From: Geobacter metallireducens GS-15
GTDB taxonomy: Bacteria > Desulfobacterota > Desulfuromonadia > Geobacterales > Geobacteraceae
Reading direction: 5' to 3'
Assembly: GCF_000012925.1 (NCBI RefSeq)
Contig: NC_007517.1
Coordinates: forward strand, 570,001-602,000
Length of the DNA: 32,000 nucleotides
The notes beneath the pieces were generated by a model. The model worked only from the letters and a program-made list of their open reading frames with translations. It made no database searches and was not told the DNA's origin. Below are positions 22,626-31,301 of this stretch, piece after piece. A program made the translations under genes and the position numbers. Every line of letters begins with the position of its first letter. The first letter of the stretch is position 1.

Positions 22626-23999
22626 GTGAGAAAGACGAAGATTCTGGTTGTCGACGACGAGCACCTTATCCGCTGGTCCCTGGAGCAGAATCTGAAAAAA
22701 CAGGGATACGAGGTGGTTTCGGCCGGCAACGGCGAGGATGCCCTGCGGCTCGTCCGGGATGAACAACCGGACCTGGTGCTGCTCGATATCCAGCTCCCCG
22801 GCATCAGTGGCCTGGATGTCCTGGAGAAGATCAAGGAGCACGACGAGGAGATCATCGTGATCATGGTCACGGCCCACGGAGCGCTGGAGACGGCGGTTCA
22901 TGCCATGCGGCTCGGGGCCTTCGACTATATCAACAAGCCCTTTAACCTGGACGAGATGGCCATCGTCATCCGCAAGGCCCTGGAAACCTCCGATCTCCGG
23001 CGGGAGGTCCAGCGGCTGCGGGGTGAGCAGGCGAAGAAGTTCGGTACGCCCGATATCATCGGAGCGAGCCGCCACATGAAGAACGTCCTCGACATGATGG
23101 AGAAGGTGGCCAAGAGCGACGCCTCCACTGTCCTCGTTCAGGGAGAGTCGGGGACCGGCAAGGAGCTGGTCGCCAAGTGGATCCACTATAAATCCGCCCG
23201 GGCCGAACGCCCCTTTGTCGCCATAAACTGCGCTGCTGTCCCGGCGACACTCCTCGAAAGCGAGCTCTTCGGTCATGAAAAAGGGGCCTTCACCGACGCC
23301 AAGGCGATGAAAAAGGGGCTTTTCGAGCTGGCCGACGGTGGCACGGTCTTTCTTGACGAGATCGGCGACATGGAGTTGGGGATGCAGGCGAAGCTCCTCC
23401 GCTTCCTGGAGGAACGGACCTTCCGCCGCATCGGCGGCACCAAGTCGTTTTCCGTCGATGTCCGGATCATCTCCGCCACCAACCGCGACCTCATCAAGGC
23501 GATCGAGGAAAAGAGCTTCCGCAACGATCTCTACTATCGCCTCCAGGTGATCCCCATCTATCTCCCCCCCCTGCGGGAGCGGCGGGAAGACATCCTCACC
23601 CTGACCAGCCATTTCATCGAGCTGTTCAACGCCGAGTTCAACAAGCATGTCACCGGCATCTCCAAGATGGCGGAGAAACTCTTGCTCGACTACACCTGGC
23701 CCGGCAATATCCGCGAATTGAAGAACGTCATCGAGCGCGCCATCATTCTCGGCAATGACGAGACGCTCCTCCTTGAGCACCTGCCGCTGGAAATCGTCGC
23801 CAAGGCCTCCTCCCAGTCCGTGGGGCTCACCACCTTCAAGCTTCCCCCCGAGGGGATAGACATTGAAGAGGTGGAAAAGGAGCTTATCCGCCAGGCCCTG
23901 GAGATCTCGGACTGGAACCAGTCCAAGGCGGCCAGGAAGCTTAATCTCGGCATTGACGCCTTCCGTTACCGGATGAAGAAATTCGGGTATTTGAAGTAG
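22626..23999 (+). CDS. Sigma-54-dependent response regulator (NtrC family: REC + AAA+ + Fis-type HTH)
   Basis: GTG start with AAAGGAG 5 nt upstream. REC domain (ILVVDDE...LVLLDIQLPG). Walker A GESGTGKE. The sigma-54 contact loop is GAFTDA, a variant of GAFTGA. C-terminal HTH QSKAARKLNLGIDAFRYRMKKFG. Confidence 0.95.
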   Translation: MRKTKILVVDDEHLIRWSLEQNLKKQGYEVVSAGNGEDALRLVRDEQPDLVLLDIQLPGISGLDVLEKIKEHDEEIIVIMVTAHGALETAVHAMRLGAFDYINKPFNLDEMAIVIRKALETSDLRREVQRLRGEQAKKFGTPDIIGASRHMKNVLDMMEKVAKSDASTVLVQGESGTGKELVAKWIHYKSARAERPFVAINCAAVPATLLESELFGHEKGAFTDAKAMKKGLFELADGGTVFLDEIGDMELGMQAKLLRFLEERTFRRIGGTKSFSVDVRIISATNRDLIKAIEEKSFRNDLYYRLQVIPIYLPPLRERREDILTLTSHFIELFNAEFNKHVTGISKMAEKLLLDYTWPGNIRELKNVIERAIILGNDETLLLEHLPLEIVAKASSQSVGLTTFKLPPEGIDIEEVEKELIRQALEISDWNQSKAARKLNLGIDAFRYRMKKFGYLK

Positions 24000-24040
24000 A
24001 AGTAACCTTCCCCTTCATCGCAGCGTTGTCATTTGACGGA

Positions 24041-24073
24041 TTCCCGGAACCTTTCCGAAGTTGCCGGGAACCT
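24041..24073. promoter_or_regulatory. Candidate enhancer (UAS) sites: TTCCCGGAA (24041-24049) and TTGCCGGGAA (24061-24070), each extended by CCT
   Basis: Two imperfect palindromes share the 7-mer GGAACCT at an exact 21-bp offset. They lie about 190-215 bp upstream of the sigma-54 promoter and directly downstream of the activator gene. Confidence 0.3.
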
Positions 24074-24257
24074 CATTCCTTCCCTTTTCCCGCGAAATTC
24101 TCTTCCGTTTAGTCAAAAAAACGTCTCCGGACAAAACCCCCATCGGTGCGAAGTGGCGGAAAGTGGACCACGGTACAGGATTAGGGGTTTTTGTACGAGA
24201 AGCGACAGGGGTGTCTTCGTTGGGCAGGTGTGTCAAATGCTTGATTCGTCGAGTGTT

Positions 24258-24273
24258 TGGCACCGTTATTGCT
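24258..24273 (+). promoter_or_regulatory. Sigma-54 (RpoN) -24/-12 promoter
   Basis: TGGCAC-CGTTA-TTGCT is a perfect match to TGGCAC-N5-TTGC(A/T). It lies 86 nt upstream of the ATG at 24359. Confidence 0.8.
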
Positions 24274-24358
24274 CCTTGAGTACAGGAACGCCAGGTGCGA
24301 ATGGACAGAGAGTCCCGATTCAACCGGCTATCTGCACTATGAATGCGGAGGCATTACC

Positions 24359-27058
24359 ATGTTACACAGATCGCCTAAACGAATGGTGGCCGTTGCCCTC
24401 TTCCTGGCGTGTCTGGTTATTTCGCTGACAACGGTGACATTTGCCGCTCCAGCGCCAACCATTCAGATACAGAACCCAATGGTTGAGGGGATTCGCTCTC
24501 CACTTCGGATTGCATCGGATTCACTGGGTGGCGTGTATGTCTCCGATTCCCTTGCAAAGGGAGTCCTTAAATACGACGTAGTTGGCCATTTGGCGCAGAC
24601 CATAAAAACTGCCGCGCCTCCCCAGGGGATTGCCGTCGCCTCCGACGGAACACTCCTCGTGGGGCAGGGAACCTACGTTTCAATGTATAGCGCCGCCGGC
24701 CAGGAGATTGGAAAACTCGGCGCCGGCGAGGGGCAGTTCAAAATGGCCGATGGCATCACGGTGGACGACGACGGCTCCATTTATGTGGTCGACTGCCTCG
24801 ATAACAGTGTGCAAATCTTCAACGCCGCCGGCAGCTTCGTGAAAAAATTCGGATCATTCGGCACCACGCCGGGCAAGTTCTCCACCCCCAGCGGCATTGC
24901 TTTCGAAAAGGTTTCCCGGCAGGTGGCAGTTGTTGACACGCGAACCGGCCGAATCCAGTTTTTTGACAAAACCGGTGCCTATGTACGGACGATAGGGAGT
25001 TTCGGCACGAACCCCCTCCGCTTCACTGCCCCCCAAGGTGTCTCCTTCGAGTATTCCAGCGGCTCGACGCCGGTTCTCAAGCGCATGTACGTGGTCGATA
25101 CCTTCCAGAGCACCGTGCAGGCCATCGACCCGGCGGCAACGCCGGTATTCCTTTCCTACATCGGTACCTACGGGAGCGGCAACGGCAAGCTGATGGTCCC
25201 CTCCGACGTCCTCTTCGATCAGGCCACCGGCCGGCTCCTGGTGGTGAACGGCTTCGGCAACGTGTCCGTGTACGGCGTCGATGGCGGTGGCGTTTCCGTT
25301 GCCGTTGACCTCATTCCGCCGGCCCTCACCATAAACCCGGTCGTCTCCCCCTTCATGTCCCCGACCCTCGATCTTTCGGGCACCGTGGAGGCGGGCGCCA
25401 GGCTGACCATTGCAACCGGCGGAACCACGACGGTCGGCGCCATCTCGTTCCCGACCCCCACCACCTGGCAGACGACGTTGAGCGGTTTTGCCCCCGGTGG
25501 CACGACCATTACGGTGACTGCCCGCGACGCGGCAAACAACGCCACTAACCAGTCCGTAACGGTGAGCTATCTGCAGTCGGGCCCCATGCTGACCATGGAA
25601 CCCCTCCCCACCTTTACCGCCGATACGTTCCAGCAACTGTCCGGCCTGGTTGATCCGGGTTCGGTGGTTACCGTGACCAACGCCACAACGGGTGCCAGCG
25701 CCAAGGCCCTGGTATTCGGCAATACCTGGAGCTATCGGTTGCCCCTCGCTGCCGGCGCCAACAGCATCACCGTCAAGGCGGAAAAGTCCATGAGCGCCGC
25801 CACGACGGTGAGCGCCACGACAACCCTTGACGCAATCCCGCCGGCTCTTGCGGTATCGGCCCTGGCCGACGGCAGCTATACGAGCGGGCAGGTCCAGAAC
25901 ATCCAGGTGATGGTGACCGATGCCAACCTCGACGTTGTCACCCTCAACGGCCAGCAGATTGTCCCGGTGAACGGCTCTTACAGCACCGCCATTACCCTCA
26001 AGCCGGGCCCCAACGTCATCATGGCGGCTGCTGTTGACCTGGCCGGGAACGTGACAACCGACATCCGGACCATTATCTATGACGGAACCAGGCCGGTGGT
26101 CTCCTTCACCACTCCTGCCGAGGGGACCTATGTCACCTCCGACCATGTTTCCGTGAGCGGAATCGTCGATGAGACAGCCGTCGTCACGGTTGCCGGCTTG
26201 CCGGCCCGCATGGACGGCACCTCCTGGAGTGCAGACGTCCCCCTCGTCCCGGGAATGAATACCATCGACGTGGTTGCCGTTGACCTGGCCGGAAACGTCG
26301 GTTCCGTCAAACGGACGGTCACCTACGACACCGAAGCCCCGGCCCTGGTGGTCAGCGCCCCGAGCCAGGACGTTGTCACCAACCGGCCGACCTTTGGTTT
26401 TGCCGGCAACGTTACCGATCCGAGCCCCGTGACCCTCACCGCCGAGGTCGATGGCGCGCCCGTTGCTGTGACCGTGACCGACGGGTCCTTCACCCTTGCG
26501 GTAACCTTCGCCAACGAGGGGAGCCATGCCGTCACCTTTACCGCCACCGACGCCGCCGGCAACGCGAGTCGCGTGACGCGGACCGTAATCTATGACGGCA
26601 CCGCGCCGGCCCTTACGCTTGACCCGGTCAATACTCCCTATCCGTCGGTGCTGACCGGCACGGTGGAAGCGGGTGCGGCGGTCACCGTGGAGGACCGCAA
26701 CGGTTCCGCCGGCACGGTTACGGTCAGTGGCGAAAAGTGGAACGCAGCGCTGGAAGTGGGGGGCTACGATGCCGCTTCCCTGGCCGTACGCGCCACCGAC
26801 GTTGCGGGCAACAGCACGGTCCGCAGTCTCGTGGTCAACGTACCCGACGGCGATCTGAACGGTGACGGCGCGGTAACGGTCCATGACGTGATTCTGGCGC
26901 TCAGAATGTTCACCCGGCAAATGGTGCCGACGGCCAACCAGTTGGCCCACGGCGACATCGGCCCGCTCTATCAAGGGAAGGCGAAGCCCAACGGCGTTGT
27001 CGACCTTGTGGACGCAATACTGATCATGAGAAAGGCCCTCGGCATGCCGAGCTGGTAG
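24359..27058 (+). CDS. Secreted NHL-repeat beta-propeller protein with six Ig-like repeats and a dockerin-like C-terminus
   Basis: ORF 24257-27058 trimmed to the ATG at 24359 (GGAGG RBS; signal peptide ...TTVTFA/AP). Six NHL-type blades, for example GITVDDDGSIYVVDCLDNSVQIFN. Six repeats of about 85 aa each end ...AGN.....R(T/S)V(T/I)Y. The C-terminus contains DLNGDGAVTVHDVILALRM...NGVVDLVDAILIMRKALG. Confidence 0.85.
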   Translation: MLHRSPKRMVAVALFLACLVISLTTVTFAAPAPTIQIQNPMVEGIRSPLRIASDSLGGVYVSDSLAKGVLKYDVVGHLAQTIKTAAPPQGIAVASDGTLLVGQGTYVSMYSAAGQEIGKLGAGEGQFKMADGITVDDDGSIYVVDCLDNSVQIFNAAGSFVKKFGSFGTTPGKFSTPSGIAFEKVSRQVAVVDTRTGRIQFFDKTGAYVRTIGSFGTNPLRFTAPQGVSFEYSSGSTPVLKRMYVVDTFQSTVQAIDPAATPVFLSYIGTYGSGNGKLMVPSDVLFDQATGRLLVVNGFGNVSVYGVDGGGVSVAVDLIPPALTINPVVSPFMSPTLDLSGTVEAGARLTIATGGTTTVGAISFPTPTTWQTTLSGFAPGGTTITVTARDAANNATNQSVTVSYLQSGPMLTMEPLPTFTADTFQQLSGLVDPGSVVTVTNATTGASAKALVFGNTWSYRLPLAAGANSITVKAEKSMSAATTVSATTTLDAIPPALAVSALADGSYTSGQVQNIQVMVTDANLDVVTLNGQQIVPVNGSYSTAITLKPGPNVIMAAAVDLAGNVTTDIRTIIYDGTRPVVSFTTPAEGTYVTSDHVSVSGIVDETAVVTVAGLPARMDGTSWSADVPLVPGMNTIDVVAVDLAGNVGSVKRTVTYDTEAPALVVSAPSQDVVTNRPTFGFAGNVTDPSPVTLTAEVDGAPVAVTVTDGSFTLAVTFANEGSHAVTFTATDAAGNASRVTRTVIYDGTAPALTLDPVNTPYPSVLTGTVEAGAAVTVEDRNGSAGTVTVSGEKWNAALEVGGYDAASLAVRATDVAGNSTVRSLVVNVPDGDLNGDGAVTVHDVILALRMFTRQMVPTANQLAHGDIGPLYQGKAKPNGVVDLVDAILIMRKALGMPSW

Positions 27059-27123
27059 AACCCCTCGGGGTGGATGCAGGACGCAGCGCGGCGTAAGGGA
27101 TTACACGCAACGAGGTTTTCAAG

Positions 27124-27966
27124 ATGAAGAAACGATTTCTGGCAACAGCGGTAATGGCGGCCATCATGGCCTGGGGAGCGATTGTGAACGCGGGACCTGG
27201 CAAGATAAAAAATACGGTTCACAATATGTCGAGCGTTGCGCCATCCGGGTTTGTAGGGACGAGGCACTGGTACAGCACCGACACTGATGAGGTCTGCGTT
27301 TTCTGCCACACGCCCCACAACGCCAAGCCGGCCCAACCCTTGTGGAACAAGGTGAATCCTACCCAGGCTTTCAATATGTACACCTCGTCAACCACTCTGA
27401 CATCGGTGGCCAAGAAGGTAACAGCGCCGAGCCCCGAATCACTGTTGTGCCTGAGTTGTCATGACGGCCGCACGGCTATCAACGTTCTCCACAACAGCTC
27501 TGCCGGAATTGATGCTGGCGGTGGGGACAAAAAGCTGATGATTGGGGGGGTATATGATGATCCCACGGCCCCGGCGGGGGTTACCGGCATTCCGATGAAT
27601 ATAGACACTTTTACGATACCCAATACCTATAGGGCCAACCTCGGTAGGACTGAAGCTGACAGGTACGCCGGCACCAATCTCATGGACGACCATCCCATCT
27701 CCTTCTCCTATACCGCCGCCTATAACGAAAAGGTGGGCAGCGGATCAAGCGCCATTAATCCGATTGCCACTCCCTTGTCAAAGGGGCTGCGGTTTTTCGG
27801 TTCCAACAACCGCATGGAGTGTTCCACCTGCCACGATCCCCATGTGGATTACGGCATGGATTTCGATGGCAATCCGACCTATAGCGGCGGCAATACTGCA
27901 TTAAGACCATTTCTCGTACGCGATAATACCGGCAGCGCCATGTGCCTGGCCTGCCACAACAAATAG
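27124..27966 (+). CDS. Tetrahaem c-type cytochrome (paired-CXXCH type)
   Basis: Signal peptide ...GAIVNA/GP. Four haem sites: CVFCHTPHN...PLWNK, CLSCHDG, CSTCHDPH and CLACHNK. Confidence 0.9.
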   Translation: MKKRFLATAVMAAIMAWGAIVNAGPGKIKNTVHNMSSVAPSGFVGTRHWYSTDTDEVCVFCHTPHNAKPAQPLWNKVNPTQAFNMYTSSTTLTSVAKKVTAPSPESLLCLSCHDGRTAINVLHNSSAGIDAGGGDKKLMIGGVYDDPTAPAGVTGIPMNIDTFTIPNTYRANLGRTEADRYAGTNLMDDHPISFSYTAAYNEKVGSGSSAINPIATPLSKGLRFFGSNNRMECSTCHDPHVDYGMDFDGNPTYSGGNTALRPFLVRDNTGSAMCLACHNK

Positions 27967-27995
27967 GACGTGTCTGCCTTGCTCAGGAGCTCGCC

Positions 27996-30900
27996 ATGTA
28001 TGGAATGATAATGAAAGCCTCTGTAGTGATACTGCTGGCGATAATGGTCCCGGTTTCAGCGAGTGCCATCGATTTCCCCCATGAGACGGGCTCTGGCAAG
28101 GGGTATACCTGCTATTCCTGTCATACCGGCCACAGTACCCTCGGCACCACCAGTACCGATGCGCAGAATAACATATGCGTGACTTGCCACAAGGCGGGCG
28201 ACCCCTATGGCCAGAAAAAGAAATTCACGATGTCGGATTTCGCCAACCCTTTCCGTACCTATACGAGCAGTCGACCAGCCATACTTTACCAGACATCCCA
28301 CAACTGGGTTGGAAAGGACAATGTTCCTGCCGCAGGCGCCCTTCCTCCTGTCGATGTGCGCCTGAGCAAGTCGTTCCTGGTGGGGACCATTGCCTGCGCC
28401 CGCTGTCACAGTATCCACAACTTATATTCGTCAGTTCAGAACACTCGTCCCTTTCTGAGAACCCTCAATACAAACGACTCCATGTGCCTCGACTGCCACC
28501 GCCCCCGCAGCACCACTGACCATACCCTGGGTACCCACCCGGTCACCATGAACTACGCTGACAAGGCCGCGGCACGACCCGACGAGTTCTATGCCACGCC
28601 CCAGAACAGCAACCCGGCCAACCCCACGTCGGCCATGAAGATGTCCCGCAGCGGCGCGGTGGTCTGCACCACCTGTCACGGAGTCCACTATGCCGACTCC
28701 AACAGCCGGACCTTCGACAACGCCTCCAGCGCCCGGATGGGGCTCCTCTCCACCTCCCGCGGATTCCTGCTCCGGACCGACCTGAAGGGGGCCACGGTCA
28801 CCGACCGGAACATCTGCACCAACTGCCACAAGTCCGCCAACGATTCGGCCAACACCAACGCCAGGGTCAAGAACCATAACGGCACCAAGAATCAAAACGT
28901 GCAGTGCGCCGACTGCCACGGCGGCCACGTGGATGCTGCCGACGGCACGACCCCCAACGTCTTCCTCATCAACCGCTTCATGAATATCTCGACCCAGTAC
29001 GGCGCGGTCCGTAACGCCAAGGTCCTGTACCAGTACACCTCGGCCGCCCGGAAGAACTACAACAAGGATTCCTTCGGCGTCTGCGTGGCCTGCCACCCGA
29101 CGCTCCCCCCCACCATCAGCACCCACCAGACGAGCACCAATGCCGCGGACTGCGGCTCGTGCCATACCCACTCCCAGGGGTTCTCGGCCAACTGCACCCA
29201 GTGCCACGGCTTCCCGCCCCAGGCCAACGTGGCGTCCGGTCCGTCGGGTTATGCGAAGGACGGCGTCCGCGACTACAGCACCTCGGGGGTCTCCAAGGAT
29301 GAGTCGGCAACTCCGCACATCAGTCATGCCGGCGGCGGCTCCTATTACAGTTTCGCCTGCGACGACTGCCACAAGGGATTCGGACACAACCAGGGGACGT
29401 TCCAGGATGTCTTCCTCTCCCCGACCGGCACGAAAGCTGCGACCAACGGCGCCACCCCCGCATACAGCGGCACGGGGAGCGGCACCTGTTCAACCACCTA
29501 CTGCCACTCCAACGGGAACGGCGTCTACACTTCGCCCACCTGGGCCAACGGCAAGAACACCATTATGGGGCTCGCGCCGGCGGCCCGCTGCGGCAGCTGC
29601 CACAGCGCCACTCCCGTCACCGGCGCCCATAACCGTCACATCGCCGGCGGCGCCAGCGGCAAGAGCTACGGCTGCGCGAACTGCCACGCCGCGACGGTGA
29701 GCGACAACACGACGCTCCTGGCCGCTGCCCGGGCCAACGGCGGCGCCCACGTGAACGGTGTGAAGGACAAGCAGTTCTCCGGGGCCATTGGAGGTCAAGC
29801 CCTCTCGGGGACTGACTGCTCCACGGTCTACTGCCACTCCAACGGCAAAGGTGCCGCGCCGGTCGTCGCCCCGGTCTGGGGCAACCCTGCGTCGGGCCAG
29901 TGCGGCGCATGCCACAAGGCAACCGGTGCGACTCCCATGGACACCTATGGCCATACGGCCCACCTGACAGCCACCTACGGGCCGAATCTCGGGACTGCGG
30001 TCTCCGCCTGTCAGAAATGCCATACCTACACCGACGATCTGGCGGCTACCCACGTGAACGGGATTGTTGACGTGGGGGCAACCACCTGCACCACCAACTG
30101 CCACAAGCAGAGCGCTGCCTGGACCGGCGGCCGCGTAACCTGCGAGAGTTGCCACACCACCCCGCTATCGGTCATCAACGGCTTGACCGCGCCGTCGAAA
30201 CCGAATTTTACCTCCTCCGGCCACGGCCAGGCGGGTGCCAATTACGACGCAAGCCGCCAGTGCGTCAACTGCCACGACAACACCAGTGCCCATATCTCCA
30301 CGGCACTCGGCACCTACAAGCGGATCGCCGTCAACGACAATACCCTCTGCTCCGGCTGCCACAACGACTCGGTCAAGGTGCCGACCGCAACCAAGCGCAA
30401 TGTGCCGACCCACGCCACGGCCAAGGGTACCTACACCATGGACTGCAAGGTCTGCCACGACGTCCACGGCACCGGTAACCGGGGGATGGTCCGCACCTTC
30501 ATCACCTTCGGCACCCTCACCTCCACCATAACCTATGCCACCACCGCCGATCTCGTGCAGCTTGTCCCGCCCTACCGCGGTGTCTGTCAGACCTGCCATA
30601 CCGCCACGAGCCACTACAAGCGCGGCGTCGACGAGGGGGCGAACCACCCCACAACGAACTGCCTCAACTGCCACTCCCACAAGAACACCTATGCCTTCAA
30701 GCCGAGGGCCTGCAACGAGTGCCACGGCTATCCGCCGGCACCCAAGGGCTTCGTGGCGTCCCAGGCCACCTACTCGTCGGCCAAGCTCGAGAACTACTCG
30801 GGCGGTGGCGGCGCCCACGTGAAGCTGGGCCACCTCATGGCGAACCTCAGGCCGACCCAGGGCTTCACCCCGTGCCTCGCCTGCCACAATGGCGGACCGG

Positions 30901-31106
30901 CGGCCCACACGGGCGACGACACCATCTGGACCAGCGGCACCACCCAGTCGAAGAAGGCGCCGGTGACGGTGAAGATCGACCCGACCTACAAGTTCAACGC
31001 CACCAAGGGCCAGTGGTACTCGCAACAGGCGCCCGACGCCACCGGCAGCTGCTGGAACGTCAGCTGCCACTTCCAGCCGACACCACGCTGGTCCAACGAC
31101 AAGTAG
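27996..31106 (+). CDS. Giant multihaem c-type cytochrome (23 CXXCH + 3 CX4CH + 1 CX3CH)
   Basis: ORF 27942-31106 trimmed to the ATG at 27996 (AGGAG 6 nt upstream; signal peptide ...VPVSASA/ID). Motifs were counted in the translation. The atypical sites are CSTTYCH (29487-29507), CSTVYCH (29817-29837), CTTNCH (30087-30104) and CWNVSCH (31050-31070). It may correspond to one of the Omc-named outer-surface cytochromes, but I cannot say which. Confidence 0.9.
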   Translation: MYGMIMKASVVILLAIMVPVSASAIDFPHETGSGKGYTCYSCHTGHSTLGTTSTDAQNNICVTCHKAGDPYGQKKKFTMSDFANPFRTYTSSRPAILYQTSHNWVGKDNVPAAGALPPVDVRLSKSFLVGTIACARCHSIHNLYSSVQNTRPFLRTLNTNDSMCLDCHRPRSTTDHTLGTHPVTMNYADKAAARPDEFYATPQNSNPANPTSAMKMSRSGAVVCTTCHGVHYADSNSRTFDNASSARMGLLSTSRGFLLRTDLKGATVTDRNICTNCHKSANDSANTNARVKNHNGTKNQNVQCADCHGGHVDAADGTTPNVFLINRFMNISTQYGAVRNAKVLYQYTSAARKNYNKDSFGVCVACHPTLPPTISTHQTSTNAADCGSCHTHSQGFSANCTQCHGFPPQANVASGPSGYAKDGVRDYSTSGVSKDESATPHISHAGGGSYYSFACDDCHKGFGHNQGTFQDVFLSPTGTKAATNGATPAYSGTGSGTCSTTYCHSNGNGVYTSPTWANGKNTIMGLAPAARCGSCHSATPVTGAHNRHIAGGASGKSYGCANCHAATVSDNTTLLAAARANGGAHVNGVKDKQFSGAIGGQALSGTDCSTVYCHSNGKGAAPVVAPVWGNPASGQCGACHKATGATPMDTYGHTAHLTATYGPNLGTAVSACQKCHTYTDDLAATHVNGIVDVGATTCTTNCHKQSAAWTGGRVTCESCHTTPLSVINGLTAPSKPNFTSSGHGQAGANYDASRQCVNCHDNTSAHISTALGTYKRIAVNDNTLCSGCHNDSVKVPTATKRNVPTHATAKGTYTMDCKVCHDVHGTGNRGMVRTFITFGTLTSTITYATTADLVQLVPPYRGVCQTCHTATSHYKRGVDEGANHPTTNCLNCHSHKNTYAFKPRACNECHGYPPAPKGFVASQATYSSAKLENYSGGGGAHVKLGHLMANLRPTQGFTPCLACHNGGPAAHTGDDTIWTSGTTQSKKAPVTVKIDPTYKFNATKGQWYSQQAPDATGSCWNVSCHFQPTPRWSNDK

Positions 31107-31112
31107 CGATCA

Positions 31113-31144
31113 AGAGGGGAGGGGCTGAAAGGCTTCTCCCCTCT
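31113..31144 (+). terminator. Weak candidate terminator/hairpin after the giant cytochrome gene
   Basis: AGAGGGGAG-14 nt-CTCCCCTCT forms a 9-bp stem, but there is no T-run downstream. Confidence 0.3.
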
Positions 31145-31162
31145 GACGTTGCGGCGAATCGA

Positions 31163-31191
31163 TTGAGAAGCGGCACAGTGTGTGCTATATG
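31163..31191 (+). promoter_or_regulatory. Candidate sigma-70 promoter with extended -10 (TTGAGA-N17-TATATG, with the spacer ending in the TGC extended -10 element)
   Basis: The -35 hexamer is at 31163-31168. The extended -10 TGcTATATG is at 31183-31191. This would place a TSS about 20 nt upstream of the micro-ORF. Motif reading only. Confidence 0.35.
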
Positions 31192-31220
31192 ACGGGGAAC
31201 AAGGCGTAATGGAGGAAATC

Positions 31221-31283
31221 ATGAAGAAAAAGAGCTATGTACGTCCGAGAATCGTCGGGAGCGCGGCGGTTCACCCCTGCTGA
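31221..31283 (+). CDS. 20-codon micro-ORF MKKKSYVRPRIVGSAAVHPC (small protein or leader peptide)
   Basis: GGAGG at 31211-31215 lies 5 nt before the ATG, and the stop is TGA. It sits between a candidate promoter and a strong terminator. It is too short for the ORF track, and coding status is unproven. Confidence 0.3.
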   Translation: MKKKSYVRPRIVGSAAVHPC

Positions 31284-31301
31284 CATCCGGAACGACCCGC
31301 C

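Noticed and set aside
20790-23780. 996-aa reverse-strand ORF spanning the kinase and response-regulator genes
   Set aside because: It is antisense to two genes with complete, textbook domain motifs (H-box, G-box, REC, Walker A, GAFTDA). Its translation is Gly/Asp/Leu/His/Arg-rich with no motif, as expected for stop-poor antisense frames in GC-rich DNA.
24000-24358. GEMM-I (c-di-GMP/cGAMP) riboswitch in the leaders of the cytochrome operons, checked at 3855-3923, 24000-24358 and 31107-31353
   Set aside because: Geobacter is known for cGAMP riboswitches upstream of cytochrome genes. I found no GGCAAACC...GAAA...ACGCAAAGC-type core in any of these leaders. GGACAAAACCC at about 24128 is only a superficial resemblance.
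24854-26974. 706-aa reverse-strand ORF inside the NHL/Ig-like gene
   Set aside because: It is antisense to a gene with a signal peptide, six NHL blades and six regular Ig-like repeats. The product is Gly/Arg/His-rich without structure.
744-27995. ORF-track 5' extensions used as gene starts (744, 2192, 5349, 7147, 9342, 13492, 17745, 19338, 20284, 24257, 27942)
   Set aside because: In each case an internal start gives a proper Shine-Dalgarno spacing and/or a canonical signal peptide, and removes overlap with the upstream gene. The extended N-termini are non-protein-like. The starts at 5370, 9869 and 13444 remain uncertain.
28431-31070. Reverse-strand ORFs 28431-29387, 29490-30155 and 30165-31070, and + off-frame ORFs 29140-29700 and 30719-31192, inside the giant cytochrome gene
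   Set aside because: The forward frame carries 27 haem-binding motifs at regular spacing, and these alternatives are Arg/Gly/Ala/Pro-rich.
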